A stretch of DNA of 64,000 nt from Deinococcales bacterium (GTDB lineage: Bacteria; Deinococcota; Deinococci; Deinococcales; JAAFIG01): assembly GCA_025359505.1 (NCBI GenBank), contig JANYHH010000028.1, positions 32 to 64,031 of the forward strand, read 5' to 3'. The notes under the pieces are model-generated. The model ran no database searches, was not told the DNA's origin, and worked only from the letters and a program-made list of their open reading frames with translations. Below, in pieces: positions 49,727 through 58,697 of the stretch. The translations under genes and the position numbers were made by a program. Numbering within the stretch: position 1 is the stretch's first letter; each line of letters opens with the position of its first letter.

Positions 49727-50073
49727 GGCGCTCCCAGATCCAGCTCAAAATTCGTACCGCAGTTCGGACAGCGCGTTTCGATCACGCTCCCCAAGGTGTT
49801 CAGTTGCAAATACACATCCTGCAAATGCGCGTAATCGCTGCTGAACAGCCCCTCGATCACCGCGACCGGCACGGGCGAGATGCTGCCCAAGCGGGTCACG
49901 ACGCGGCTTAAAAGCAGCAGCCCCAAATACAACTCGTTGAGCTTGACTCGAGGGTCGCTCAAAGGCTCAACCTCGTCCCGCGCTGTGGCTAAGCGCATCA
50001 CGCCGCGCTGATGAACGTTGCCCGCATCATCGACGTAACCCCTCGGCAAGACGAATTCAAATTCTGTTTGCAT
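49723..50073 (-). CDS. Conserved eCIS tail-assembly-like protein
   Basis: TEFEFVLPRGYVD, GVMRLATARDE, LSRVVTRLG, CPNCG. Confidence 0.85.
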   Translation of the reverse strand: MQTEFEFVLPRGYVDDAGNVHQRGVMRLATARDEVEPLSDPRVKLNELYLGLLLLSRVVTRLGSISPVPVAVIEGLFSSDYAHLQDVYLQLNTLGSVIETRCPNCGTNFELDLGAP

Positions 50074-50134
50074 AGTGTGTTCGCATAGTGGTTCGCATAA
50101 TGCCTCAGGGGTCTAGCCTCGAGTTCACAAAACG

Positions 50135-50165
50135 GTTCGAGGGCGAAATTGACTCGCCCTCGAAC
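50135..50165 (-). terminator. Hairpin after the major tube gene
   Basis: GTTCGAGGGCGA-7nt-TCGCCCTCGAAC, followed by CGTTTT on the minus strand. Confidence 0.65.
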
Positions 50166-50172
50166 GCTGGGA

Positions 50173-50613
50173 TCACTTCTCGCGCTTGTAGGCTTCAAAG
50201 ACAATCGTGATGTCTTCAATGCCAACCTCGTTGCTCTTGGCATCCAGCGTCGGGCCGGTCAGCTTGCTGCACCACGCCGCCTCGAGCGTCCAACGGGCGA
50301 CCTCTTTGTTATCGGTGCTGTACGCGACCACGGAGACGTTCTTGCGGGCTTCCTCGATCTTGCCCTCTTCGACCAGCTTGCGCCATTTCCACAAATCGAG
50401 GTTGTCGGACAGACCGCGCTTGAAGGTGATCGGCGTGAGCTTCATCGTACCGGGGATTTGCTTTTGAATGACCTTGCCATCCTTACCGCTGTACGGCGTG
50501 GTGATGACGTTGTTCTCGGTCGTGAAACCGCTGGCTTCACGAAAATGCGCGTTGGTCACACCGGGCACGTCGACCATGAAATAACTTGCATTGAGTGGAT
50601 CTTTCTCTGCCAT
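50173..50613 (-). CDS. Major phage tail tube protein (gp19-like)
   Basis: FREASG, ITFKRG, LWKWR, RKNVS, WCSKLTGPTLDA. Confidence 0.93.
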   Translation of the reverse strand: MAEKDPLNASYFMVDVPGVTNAHFREASGFTTENNVITTPYSGKDGKVIQKQIPGTMKLTPITFKRGLSDNLDLWKWRKLVEEGKIEEARKNVSVVAYSTDNKEVARWTLEAAWCSKLTGPTLDAKSNEVGIEDITIVFEAYKREK

Positions 50614-50694
50614 AAGTCACCTAACTTTCGTATTGATTGCGCGTCTCGAGTCCCGAGGGCGCGAGAGGGTCGAGTTGTTTGAAATCGGTAAAAA

Positions 50695-52254
50695 CTACGC
50701 GCCGCCACCAGAAAACTGCGAGAACCTAAAGATCACGAACTCGGCAGGCTTGACGGGCGCGATACCGATTTCCACATAGAGCCGACCGAGGTCTCGAGTT
50801 TCGGGTGGGTTGATCTCCTCGTCGCATTTGACGAAAAACGCTTGCGAGGCGGTCGCGCCGAACAGTGCGCCGTCGCGGTAGACCGTGCCTAAGAAGGCGT
50901 TGATATCGCGCTTGACGCGCTCCCAGAGGTTCATGTCGTTTGGCTCGAAGACGATCCATTGCGTGCCGCGCTCGACGGACTTTTCAACGTAGTTGAACAA
51001 GCGCCGCACGTTGATGTAGCGCCACGCTGGATCGCTAGACAGCGTGCGAGCGCCCCAGACGCGCACGCCCATGCCGGTGAAGGTGCGGATGCAGTTGATG
51101 CCACTGGGGTTGAGGGTGTCCTGCTCGCCCTTCGTGACCTGCGTGACTGGATCGAGCGCCCCGCGCACGATTTCATTGGCGGGGGCTTTGTGAACGCCGC
51201 GCTCGCCGTCGTTTCTGGCCCAGATGCCCGCCATGTGGCCCGATGGTGGAATCGCCAACGGCTTACCATCCGAACCGCTGACTTTGACCCACGGGTAGTA
51301 CAGCGCCGCCGCTTGCGAGTCGTAATTAGCGTCCTTCTCGCGCCACTTTTTGACTTCCTGCGGCGTCATGTCTGGCAACGGGTCAATGATCGCCATTCGC
51401 CCGCGCACGCGCTCGCAGTGCGACATCATCGCCAGTTGCACGGCTTTTACGCCGTCCTTGTCGATCATGCCCTGCATGTAAGCGCTCATCAAATCGGGCG
51501 CGACAAGTATCGTCACGTCTTCGGCGATCTCGAGTCCCTCGAGACCTGTACGGGTGCTGACATCGCCGACGAAATGCGTGCTTTGCACCATCGGCAGGCT
51601 CGAGCCTTGAACAGCTTTGATCACGAAGCTGCCCAACTCCGGGGCGCGTTCAGCGGGTGCGCCCGCGCCTTTTTCCTCGGTGATCGTGATCAGTTGGCTC
51701 TGCGCGACAGCCTCGGCGACCGCCCGCGATTTCGCACCCTTGGCGGGTTTGCCCAAGACGACGTTCTCAAAGACTTCCTCGAGCGTGCCCATCTTGACCC
51801 GCAGCGTGAACGCGCCCTCGTCCACATCGTCCGATGGCGGGCGCGTGATCTCCACGCTGACGTCGCTCGAGGCAGCGCCCTTGGTGGTGATCGTCAGGCT
51901 GGGCACGGCCTTGGAAGCGCGGCTCGGGAGTTGCGCCGAAGCGGATTTCTCTTCTTTGCCACCGGTCGCCACCACGCGGGTCACGTAGCAGCGCGTACCA
52001 CCATTGTTGAAGTACCCGTAGATGCTGTAAGAAAGGAACGCGTTGGGCATGTGCGGGTTTTTACTGCCACCCTCCTCGAGCGCCCCGAAGGTATCGACAT
52101 ACTGCTGCCACGAAGTCACCAGCATGGGGGTGTTGGCCGGGCCGCTCGGGGCAAATCCGACAAAAGCCGCCATGGCCGTGCCAACACCCTCGATGGGCCG
52201 CGGCCCCGAGTTGACCTCTTCGATGTAAACGCCCGGCGATAGGTACTCTGGCAT
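50695..52254 (-). CDS. Contractile tail sheath protein
   Basis: MPEYLSPGVYIEEV, YYPWV, RGVHKAPAN, VWGARTL, WRYINVRR, PVKPAEFVIFR; AAGGAG ribosome-binding site. Confidence 0.96.
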   Translation of the reverse strand: MPEYLSPGVYIEEVNSGPRPIEGVGTAMAAFVGFAPSGPANTPMLVTSWQQYVDTFGALEEGGSKNPHMPNAFLSYSIYGYFNNGGTRCYVTRVVATGGKEEKSASAQLPSRASKAVPSLTITTKGAASSDVSVEITRPPSDDVDEGAFTLRVKMGTLEEVFENVVLGKPAKGAKSRAVAEAVAQSQLITITEEKGAGAPAERAPELGSFVIKAVQGSSLPMVQSTHFVGDVSTRTGLEGLEIAEDVTILVAPDLMSAYMQGMIDKDGVKAVQLAMMSHCERVRGRMAIIDPLPDMTPQEVKKWREKDANYDSQAAALYYPWVKVSGSDGKPLAIPPSGHMAGIWARNDGERGVHKAPANEIVRGALDPVTQVTKGEQDTLNPSGINCIRTFTGMGVRVWGARTLSSDPAWRYINVRRLFNYVEKSVERGTQWIVFEPNDMNLWERVKRDINAFLGTVYRDGALFGATASQAFFVKCDEEINPPETRDLGRLYVEIGIAPVKPAEFVIFRFSQFSGGGA

Positions 52255-52618
52255 GACACTCCTTGTCCGCGCCGCTCGAGGGTTTGAGGTCAATACTCGA
52301 GGACGCTCCCACGCTTAGATCAACGGGGTCGAATGTGGGCTTTGGGTTGAAATAGCGTCGCTTGACTCATTCAAGATGCTACACGACCCGCAAAAAAGTG
52401 TGGCGAAACGCGCCAAAAAACCTGTGCTGAACGCGAGAAATCGCATCACATTTCTCAGCTCGAGGGCTTGAGTGAATTCGCTCGCCGATGCTCAAATCGG
52501 GCCACTGACCTCGAGACCGCTCCCGAGAAAGCGCTTGGTGTTACGCATGAAACCTGAGTCTGGTCTGTATAATGTTGACAGAGATTCGCGCCGCAGTTTT
52601 TGGCGCTCGAGGTCAATC

Positions 52619-53752
52619 ATGGATTACTACGAAATGCTGGGCGTGGCCCGCAGTGCCGACGCCGACGAAATCAAACGCGCTTACCGCGCTCTGGCCCTCA
52701 AGTACCACCCGGACAAGAACCCCGGCAACAAAGAAGCCGAAGAGAAGTTCAAGCAGATCAACGAGGCTTACGCGGGTTTGAAAGACCCTGAGACCAGAGC
52801 GCAGTACGACGCGACGGGCCGGGTTGGTTCGCAGGGTGGTTTTGATGCAGGCGGTTTCGCCGGGCAGCAGGGGGATTTATTTGACTTGTTCAACAGTGTC
52901 TTCGGCGGTGACATCTTCGGCGGGCAGCGACAGGGACAGACTCGAGGCGGGAAACGCCCGCAGCGCGGCGAGGATTTGCAGGTCGAAACCCGCATCACCT
53001 TGGAGCAAGCCCGCGCTGGCGCGGACATCGAAGTGGACGTGGACAAACTCAGCACCTGCGAGCATTGCCACGGTGGGCGGGGCGAGCCGGGCGGCAAAGG
53101 CTTACAAGGCTGCGCGACCTGCGGCGGCAGCGGTCAGGTGCGCCAGACGCAGCGCACAATCCTTGGAAACTTCGTCACGGCCGCGACCTGCCCGACCTGT
53201 AAAGGCAGCGGCGAGATCAACCCTGAACCCTGCACCAAATGCAGCGGGCGCGGGCGAACGATCAAACAGGAAAAAGTCACGGTGCAACTCCCGAAAGGCA
53301 TCGACGGCGGCTACCGTCTGCGCGTCTCCGGGCAGGGCAATCAGGGCTTCAATGGCGGCCCAGCGGGAGACCTGTACGTCTTCCTAGATTTGGAGCCGCA
53401 CGAGCACCTGACCCGCGAGACCGACGACCTGCATTACACCTTGCCGATTGGACTGGCGCAGGCGGCCTTGGGTGGCAAGTTTGAAATCCCGACCTTGGAC
53501 GGCACGCAAGTCATCGAAGTCGGCGCGGGCGCTCAGGGCGGCGACACCGTGAAACTGCGCGGTAAGGGCATGCCGCGCCTGCAAGCCAGCGGTGCGGGCG
53601 AGCTGATCGTGACCTTGGAAGTCAGCGTCCCGAAGAAGCTCAGTAAACGAGCGCGTGAATTGCTCGAGGAGTACGCCCGCGAGGTCGGCGAGGAAACTTT
53701 GCACCCGCAGACCTTATTGCAAAAAATCGGTAAAGCATTCAGGGGCGATTAG
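52619..53752 (+). CDS. dnaJ: Chaperone DnaJ
   Basis: DYYEMLGV, HPD, G/F-rich region, four CxxCxGxG-type repeats. Confidence 0.96.
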   Translation: MDYYEMLGVARSADADEIKRAYRALALKYHPDKNPGNKEAEEKFKQINEAYAGLKDPETRAQYDATGRVGSQGGFDAGGFAGQQGDLFDLFNSVFGGDIFGGQRQGQTRGGKRPQRGEDLQVETRITLEQARAGADIEVDVDKLSTCEHCHGGRGEPGGKGLQGCATCGGSGQVRQTQRTILGNFVTAATCPTCKGSGEINPEPCTKCSGRGRTIKQEKVTVQLPKGIDGGYRLRVSGQGNQGFNGGPAGDLYVFLDLEPHEHLTRETDDLHYTLPIGLAQAALGGKFEIPTLDGTQVIEVGAGAQGGDTVKLRGKGMPRLQASGAGELIVTLEVSVPKKLSKRARELLEEYAREVGEETLHPQTLLQKIGKAFRGD

Positions 53753-53757
53753 CTCGA

Positions 53758-54318
53758 GTGACGCGCATTCACAGCTTTGCCCCAATCGCCCGCCGCGACG
53801 CCCGCATCCTGATCCTCGGGTCTGTGCCGGGCGTCAAATCGCTGGGGGCGCTGGAATATTACGCGCACCCGCGCAATGCGTTTTGGGAGATCATGGATGC
53901 ACTGTGCGGCGCGGCTCGAGGCTTGCCCTACGAGCAGCGTCTCGAGCGTTTGCAGGATGCGGGCATCGCCGTTTGGGATGTCTTGCACAGCGCCGAGCGC
54001 GAGGGTAGTTTGGACAGCGCGATTCAGCACGCGATTCCGAACGACCTCAAAGGTTTGCTCGAGGCTTGCCCGAGCGTCGAACTGATCGCGCTGAACGGCT
54101 CGTATGCGGCCACGACTTTCAAACGCTATGCACGCGCCACCTTTGATCCTCGAGCTGGCTTGCGCGTCGTGACGCTGCCCAGCACCAGCCCCGCCAATGC
54201 TCGAGTCGGCGTGCAGCGCAAAATTGAGCTTTGGCGCGATGCCCTCGAGCCGGACTTGCTGAAACCAGTGCTGCTTGAACCAATGCTGCTCGCGTCAGCA
54301 CCGATTAGGGACGCGTGA
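53758..54318 (+). CDS. UDG-superfamily DNA glycosylase (deoxyinosine glycosylase-like)
   Basis: LILGSVPG, YYAHPRNAFW, GSLDSAI, LPSTSPANA. Confidence 0.88.
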   Translation: MTRIHSFAPIARRDARILILGSVPGVKSLGALEYYAHPRNAFWEIMDALCGAARGLPYEQRLERLQDAGIAVWDVLHSAEREGSLDSAIQHAIPNDLKGLLEACPSVELIALNGSYAATTFKRYARATFDPRAGLRVVTLPSTSPANARVGVQRKIELWRDALEPDLLKPVLLEPMLLASAPIRDA

Positions 54319-54730
54319 AAAGAGAATCGTTCGCGGCGTCCCCGTGGCAATTGCTGCACAACCCCTGCCCGTCCGGCCCACCCGCGCCAACCGCGTACCG
54401 CCCGCCCTTGGGAAAGTACTCTTCGTAATACCAGCCCGACTTTTGCTTGAGCATCACCGCGATGAACGTGGGATTGGCGATTGCCCCAGCGGTTTTGACA
54501 ACGATACTGCCAAGCGGCAACGCACCTTTTTTCTTCCACGCGTCGCTGGCGATTTTGTTGGCGAACACGACTTTGCTCAAGCCAGCGTGCGGGCCGCCCG
54601 TGTCTTTGGGCGATGAGACTTTCGTCCAGGCCGTGAACCCGTTCAGTTCTGGGCGCAAGCCCGGCAGGTTGGCCGCGACCGCTCCAGCCAATGCAATCAT
54701 TCCAGCGACCATCAGCAGTTGCCTCGTCAT
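54305..54730 (-). CDS. Exported cytochrome P460-like monoheme protein
   Basis: Signal peptide, VFAN, LPLGSIVVK, AVMLK, GWYY, C-terminal CSNCH. Confidence 0.75.
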   Translation of the reverse strand: MTRQLLMVAGMIALAGAVAANLPGLRPELNGFTAWTKVSSPKDTGGPHAGLSKVVFANKIASDAWKKKGALPLGSIVVKTAGAIANPTFIAVMLKQKSGWYYEEYFPKGGRYAVGAGGPDGQGLCSNCHGDAANDSLFTRP

Positions 54731-54860
54731 ACTGACACTCTACGCAGGTCAACCACTCGAGGTTCATTTGCTCGAGGGTGACTCGGGACAAGGGATTTTG
54801 TGCAACCCGTGTTATCTTCGCTGGCGCTATTTTCAGGTCACACCAACCGGGAGGTGAACA

Positions 54861-55391
54861 ATGCTGCACAGTCAACAAAACGGCGTCACCGTGCGCGAGG
54901 TGCGCGAATCGGATCTGGCGCAGTACCGCGACCTGCGCTTGGAGGCGCTGAAAAGCTCACCGCTGGCGTTTGGCGCGGATTACCAAGAGTCGCTCTCCCT
55001 CTCCGGTAGCGCGTGGCTCGAGCGCGTGCGGCAAAACATCGGCAGCCACTTCGCTGGCCTATTCGTCGCTGAACGCGAAGGCGTGTTGATCGGCATGACG
55101 GGCGTGCGCCGCGATTACGGCGTGAAATCCCAGCACAACGCGACCATCTGGGGCGTGTACGTGCGATCCAGCGCTCGAGGGACTGGTCTGGCGGGGACGC
55201 TGCTGGCGCACGCGATGCTCTGGGCGCAGCAGATGGGCGTGACGCGGCTCGAGCTGAAAGTCAGTACCCAAAACTCAAATGCGCTCAAGCTCTACACCAA
55301 AGCCGGTTTCGAGATCGCGGGCACGCTGCACGGCACGCTGCGAATCGCGGATCAGATCGCTGACGAGTACATCCTCGAGCGCAGCTTGTAG
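54861..55391 (+). CDS. GNAT acetyltransferase
   Basis: IWGVYV...ARGTG, NSNALKLYTKAGF; GGAGG ribosome-binding site. Confidence 0.9.
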   Translation: MLHSQQNGVTVREVRESDLAQYRDLRLEALKSSPLAFGADYQESLSLSGSAWLERVRQNIGSHFAGLFVAEREGVLIGMTGVRRDYGVKSQHNATIWGVYVRSSARGTGLAGTLLAHAMLWAQQMGVTRLELKVSTQNSNALKLYTKAGFEIAGTLHGTLRIADQIADEYILERSL

Positions 55392-55399
55392 ATTTTAAA

Positions 55400-56647
55400 T
55401 TACGGGTGCGGCGCGGTAGCGGTCACGCTCGAGGGTCGGTCATCGTGCGTTTCTGGGTACTTGGCGAAGGTGCGAATCGCCAATCCCAGCCCAATCGCCG
55501 TGAAGATCGCACCCGCGAAGAACGACGCACCGGGCACGCCTCGTGGCACGAAATACGTGAACAGCGCCGTTGCGATCAGCGGCCCGACCACGCCCGTGAG
55601 CGTCAATGCGCTCGAGAGTGCCCCTTGCACCGCACCCTGCTCAGAGTCCGAGACATTCCTCGAGATGAGTCCCTGCGCGGCTGGCCCGGCAATGCCGCCC
55701 AGACCACTGACGAAAATAATCACGTAGATCATCCAACCCTGCGGCGCGAGACCGTAGGCGATGCTGCTCAGCGCCGCCAGCCCCAAACCGAATTGAATAG
55801 CGCGGCGCTCACCCAATCGCGGCAGGATCAGCCGCAGCAAACCGCCCTGCACGATCGCGGCCGACAGCCCGACCGCCGCCAGCGACAAGCCGACCTGCAA
55901 GGTATCCCACTCATAGCGCAAGCCCGTGTAGTAGACCCAGATCGTCTGCAAACCGTTCTGCGCCAGCGACGAGAAGATAAACCCAACCGCGAGGCTCAGC
56001 ACAATCGGCGCTCGAGCCAACATGCCGATGGAACCAATCGGGTTGGCTCGAGTGAAAGAAAAAGCGCGGCGGTTCTGGGGCTGTAAGCTCTCGGGCAGCA
56101 CGAAGAAACCGTAGAGCACGTTGACGAACGTGATCCCCGCAACGACCAGAAACGGTAAGCGCAGGTCAACGCTACCCAGAATCCCGCCGAGCGCGGGGCC
56201 GACGATGAACCCCAGCCCAAACGCCACGCCGATCAGCCCAAAATTCTGGGCGCGTTTCTCGGGCGGCGAGACATCGGCGATGTAGGCTGACACGGCCGAG
56301 ATATTCGCGCCTGTGATGCCGGCAATCAAACGCCCGACCAGCAACCACGCTAAGTTAGGCGCGAACGCCAGCAGCAAGTAATCGAGCGCCGAGCCGAGCA
56401 GCGAAATCAGAATGATCGGGCGACGCCCGTACTGATCGGACAGATTCCCCAGAATCGGCGCGAAAATAAACTGCATCACCGCGTAAATCGCCGTGATCCA
56501 CCCGCCGAATTGCGCCGCCTGACCGACATCACCCGCGACGAACTTCTCAATCAATTTGGGCACAATCGGCGCGACCAGACCGATGCCGATGATGTCCAAA
56601 AACAGTGTGACAAAAACAAAACCGAGCGCAGGCTGACGTTTACTCAT
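55400..56647 (-). CDS. TCR/Tet-family MFS transporter
   Basis: [36 protein letters not shown]. Confidence 0.9.
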   Translation of the reverse strand: MSKRQPALGFVFVTLFLDIIGIGLVAPIVPKLIEKFVAGDVGQAAQFGGWITAIYAVMQFIFAPILGNLSDQYGRRPIILISLLGSALDYLLLAFAPNLAWLLVGRLIAGITGANISAVSAYIADVSPPEKRAQNFGLIGVAFGLGFIVGPALGGILGSVDLRLPFLVVAGITFVNVLYGFFVLPESLQPQNRRAFSFTRANPIGSIGMLARAPIVLSLAVGFIFSSLAQNGLQTIWVYYTGLRYEWDTLQVGLSLAAVGLSAAIVQGGLLRLILPRLGERRAIQFGLGLAALSSIAYGLAPQGWMIYVIIFVSGLGGIAGPAAQGLISRNVSDSEQGAVQGALSSALTLTGVVGPLIATALFTYFVPRGVPGASFFAGAIFTAIGLGLAIRTFAKYPETHDDRPSSVTATAPHP

Positions 56648-56793
56648 AGCTCCCCCGTGTCGCAACCACCCAGTCTACAACCTCGAGCGTAAAGGTCATT
56701 TCAGCCAATTGCCCCGTGCTCGAGCCAGCACCTGTTCGACTCGAGGCAGGCGCGAATCTCGAGCTGATCCGAATCGCGTGCTAGATTGCCGAA

Positions 56794-57585
56794 ATGGTTT
56801 CAATTGATCTGACCGGCAAAGTCGCGCTGATCGCGGGCGTCCAGAACAGCTACAGCCTCGGTTGGGCGGCTGCCAAGAAGGTTTTGGAGGCAGGCGCGAG
56901 CTGCATCTTCTCGTATCAGGGCGAGCGCAACCAACCCGTCTTAGAGAAATTGACAGCCGAGTACGGCGCTCAAATTCTGCTGCTCGAGCAGTGCGATGTC
57001 AGCGTGGACGCCGATCTGGACAGGTTATTCGCCGCGATTGATGCCAAGGGCATTCAGCTAGATTACCTGATGCACGCGATTGCGTTCACGCCGCGTGAAA
57101 CGCAGGAGAACCCGTTCTTGGAGACCTCACGCGACGGCTGGCGAATCGCTTTGGACATCAGCGCGTACAGCTTGGTGGCGCTGTCTGGACGCGCCGCGAA
57201 ACTGATGAACGACAATGGCAGCATCGTCGCGCTGACCTATTTTGCATCTGAAAAAGTCGTCCCCAAATACAACGTGATGGGCGTGGCCAAAGCGGCGCTC
57301 GAGGCATCGGCGCGGTACTTGGCCTACGATTTGGGTACAAGGGGCATTCGCGTCAACTGCGTCTCGCCGGGCCCGATGCGTACCGTCGCTGCCAAAAGCA
57401 TTCCCGGCTTTAGTCAGATGATGGATAAAACCGCCAGTGTCGCCGCGATGAAGAAAAACGCGAGTTTTGACGACGTTGGTAACATGTGCCTGTTTTTGTT
57501 CAGCCCGATGAGCAATGCCACGACCGGCGAGACAATCTATGTCGATGGTGGTTACAGCGTGATGGGCATGAGCTTTGAGAGTTAG
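56794..57585 (+). CDS. fabI: Enoyl-ACP reductase
   Basis: ISAYSL, YNVMGVAKAALE, GIRVN, SPGPMRT, YVDGG. Confidence 0.93.
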   Translation: MVSIDLTGKVALIAGVQNSYSLGWAAAKKVLEAGASCIFSYQGERNQPVLEKLTAEYGAQILLLEQCDVSVDADLDRLFAAIDAKGIQLDYLMHAIAFTPRETQENPFLETSRDGWRIALDISAYSLVALSGRAAKLMNDNGSIVALTYFASEKVVPKYNVMGVAKAALEASARYLAYDLGTRGIRVNCVSPGPMRTVAAKSIPGFSQMMDKTASVAAMKKNASFDDVGNMCLFLFSPMSNATTGETIYVDGGYSVMGMSFES

Positions 57586-57589
57586 ATTG

Positions 57590-57629
57590 GCTCGAGACGT
57601 ACCAGCTCGAGACGTACCAGCTCGAGACG
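57590..57629 (+). repeat. 15-bp tandem repeat, about 2.7 copies, anchored on CTCGAG
   Basis: GCTCGAGACGTACCA units. Confidence 0.9.
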
Positions 57630-57664
57630 CAGTGCGGCTGCCCCACAATCACCGCGAGGCTCGA

Positions 57665-58093
57665 TCATTGCGCCCACCAAATGCCCATCATTTGTCGCAG
57701 TGCCACGATTTTCCCCATGTGGTACGCGTTGTGAACAGCTAAACTACGCAAAGCATCGCTCGTCGTCACGCCCGGTTCGACGGTGAAATTCAAGCGCTCT
57801 GGCGATCTCGTCCAGTCCAGCGCGGTTTCTATCCCTGTCAAGAATTCTGCGACCAATGCTGTCCATTCCTCGAGTTTTACTGGCCCGTGTGTTGGGTAGA
57901 GATCGCCTTCCTCCCAAGGTTGATCCCGTAGAACAATTTTTTGCCACAGTACGGTGTGCCACAACTCCGCAAAAATCGACTGGCATTGGTCGGATGGAAC
58001 CGCGCTGACTTGCTCGAGCGTCAGCCCAGAGAGAATGCGGCTGCGCTCGGCGTACTCGCCGTGAAATAAATGCTCCCACTGATTCATGAACAC
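57665..58093 (-). CDS. DinB-family protein
   Basis: SIFAELWH...WQ and HNAYHMGKI motifs. Confidence 0.8.
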   Translation of the reverse strand: MFMNQWEHLFHGEYAERSRILSGLTLEQVSAVPSDQCQSIFAELWHTVLWQKIVLRDQPWEEGDLYPTHGPVKLEEWTALVAEFLTGIETALDWTRSPERLNFTVEPGVTTSDALRSLAVHNAYHMGKIVALRQMMGIWWAQ

Positions 58094-58135
58094 CCCACAT
58101 TACTGAAACGCTCGCTCAATCAGTCTAGCCAAAGC

Positions 58136-58597
58136 TCAGGCTCTTTTAGGCTCGAGCGGTACTGACTCGAGCAGGTGCTGATACGCGCCGCGCAAAATGA
58201 AAAAGAACGGGATCCACCAGATCACGTCGTTCGTCAGGTTATTCCACGCGAACGCCAGCGGTAATTGGCTGCTGGCAACAGCGTAAATCATCCCGAGCGG
58301 CCCGAGCACCTTACCGATCAAGCCGACCAGCACCATCGGCCAGTACAGATACGGATTGAACGCGGCGATGAAGTAACCAATCGCGTAACAGCCGACCATC
58401 AAGCCGACCGATTGCCACAACGGTAAATACTCAGGGACGTTCATGCCGAGCAGCGTGAAACTCTGCGCGGGAAACAAGCCGACCCATAAACCCCACAACG
58501 CGTTGTAGCCAGCCGCCGCCAGCAAGGTGTAGGTCATCCAGCGCGGGTGCTTCGTGGTGCGAAAGTGGTTGGTCAGCCGATGGAAGACTCGAGTCAC
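58136..58597 (-). CDS. Hypothetical membrane protein
   Basis: About four hydrophobic helices; leaderless TACAGT-6nt-GTG. Confidence 0.7.
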   Translation of the reverse strand: MTRVFHRLTNHFRTTKHPRWMTYTLLAAAGYNALWGLWVGLFPAQSFTLLGMNVPEYLPLWQSVGLMVGCYAIGYFIAAFNPYLYWPMVLVGLIGKVLGPLGMIYAVASSQLPLAFAWNNLTNDVIWWIPFFFILRGAYQHLLESVPLEPKRA

Positions 58598-58697
58598 CCT
58601 GTGACTGTAGTCCTGTTCAAAGCGGGCTAAACGTCACTCGAGCGCTGCCTTCACGAGCGACTTGCCCGCGAAGCTCATTTCAGGGCAGACTCGAGCG

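Larger units (their letters stand above)
39305..52254 (-). other. Contractile injection system (eCIS-type) gene cluster
   Basis: Co-oriented sheath, tube, assembly protein, second tube, DUF4157, LysM, VgrG, PAAR, gp25, baseplate J and wedge genes. Confidence 0.92.

Noticed and set aside
49616-49760. Programmed frameshift extending the tail-assembly protein
   Set aside because: No clear slippery heptamer before the stop; the ATGA overlap is explained by translational coupling.
39305-52254. Prophage or type VI secretion system
   Set aside because: No capsid, portal, terminase or integrase, and no TssJLM, TssBC or ClpV. The single-gene sheath, gp19-like tubes and DUF4157 fit an eCIS-type locus.
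52434-52453. CRP-like site upstream of the CIS operon
   Set aside because: One good half-site (TCACA) with wrong spacing and a weak partner.
52545-52580. CIRCE or HAIR heat-shock operator upstream of dnaJ
   Set aside because: Only a partial half-site (CCTGAGT) and no matching inverted arm.
55400-56647. Bona fide tetracycline resistance gene
   Set aside because: Family-level similarity only; no tetR or mobile context.
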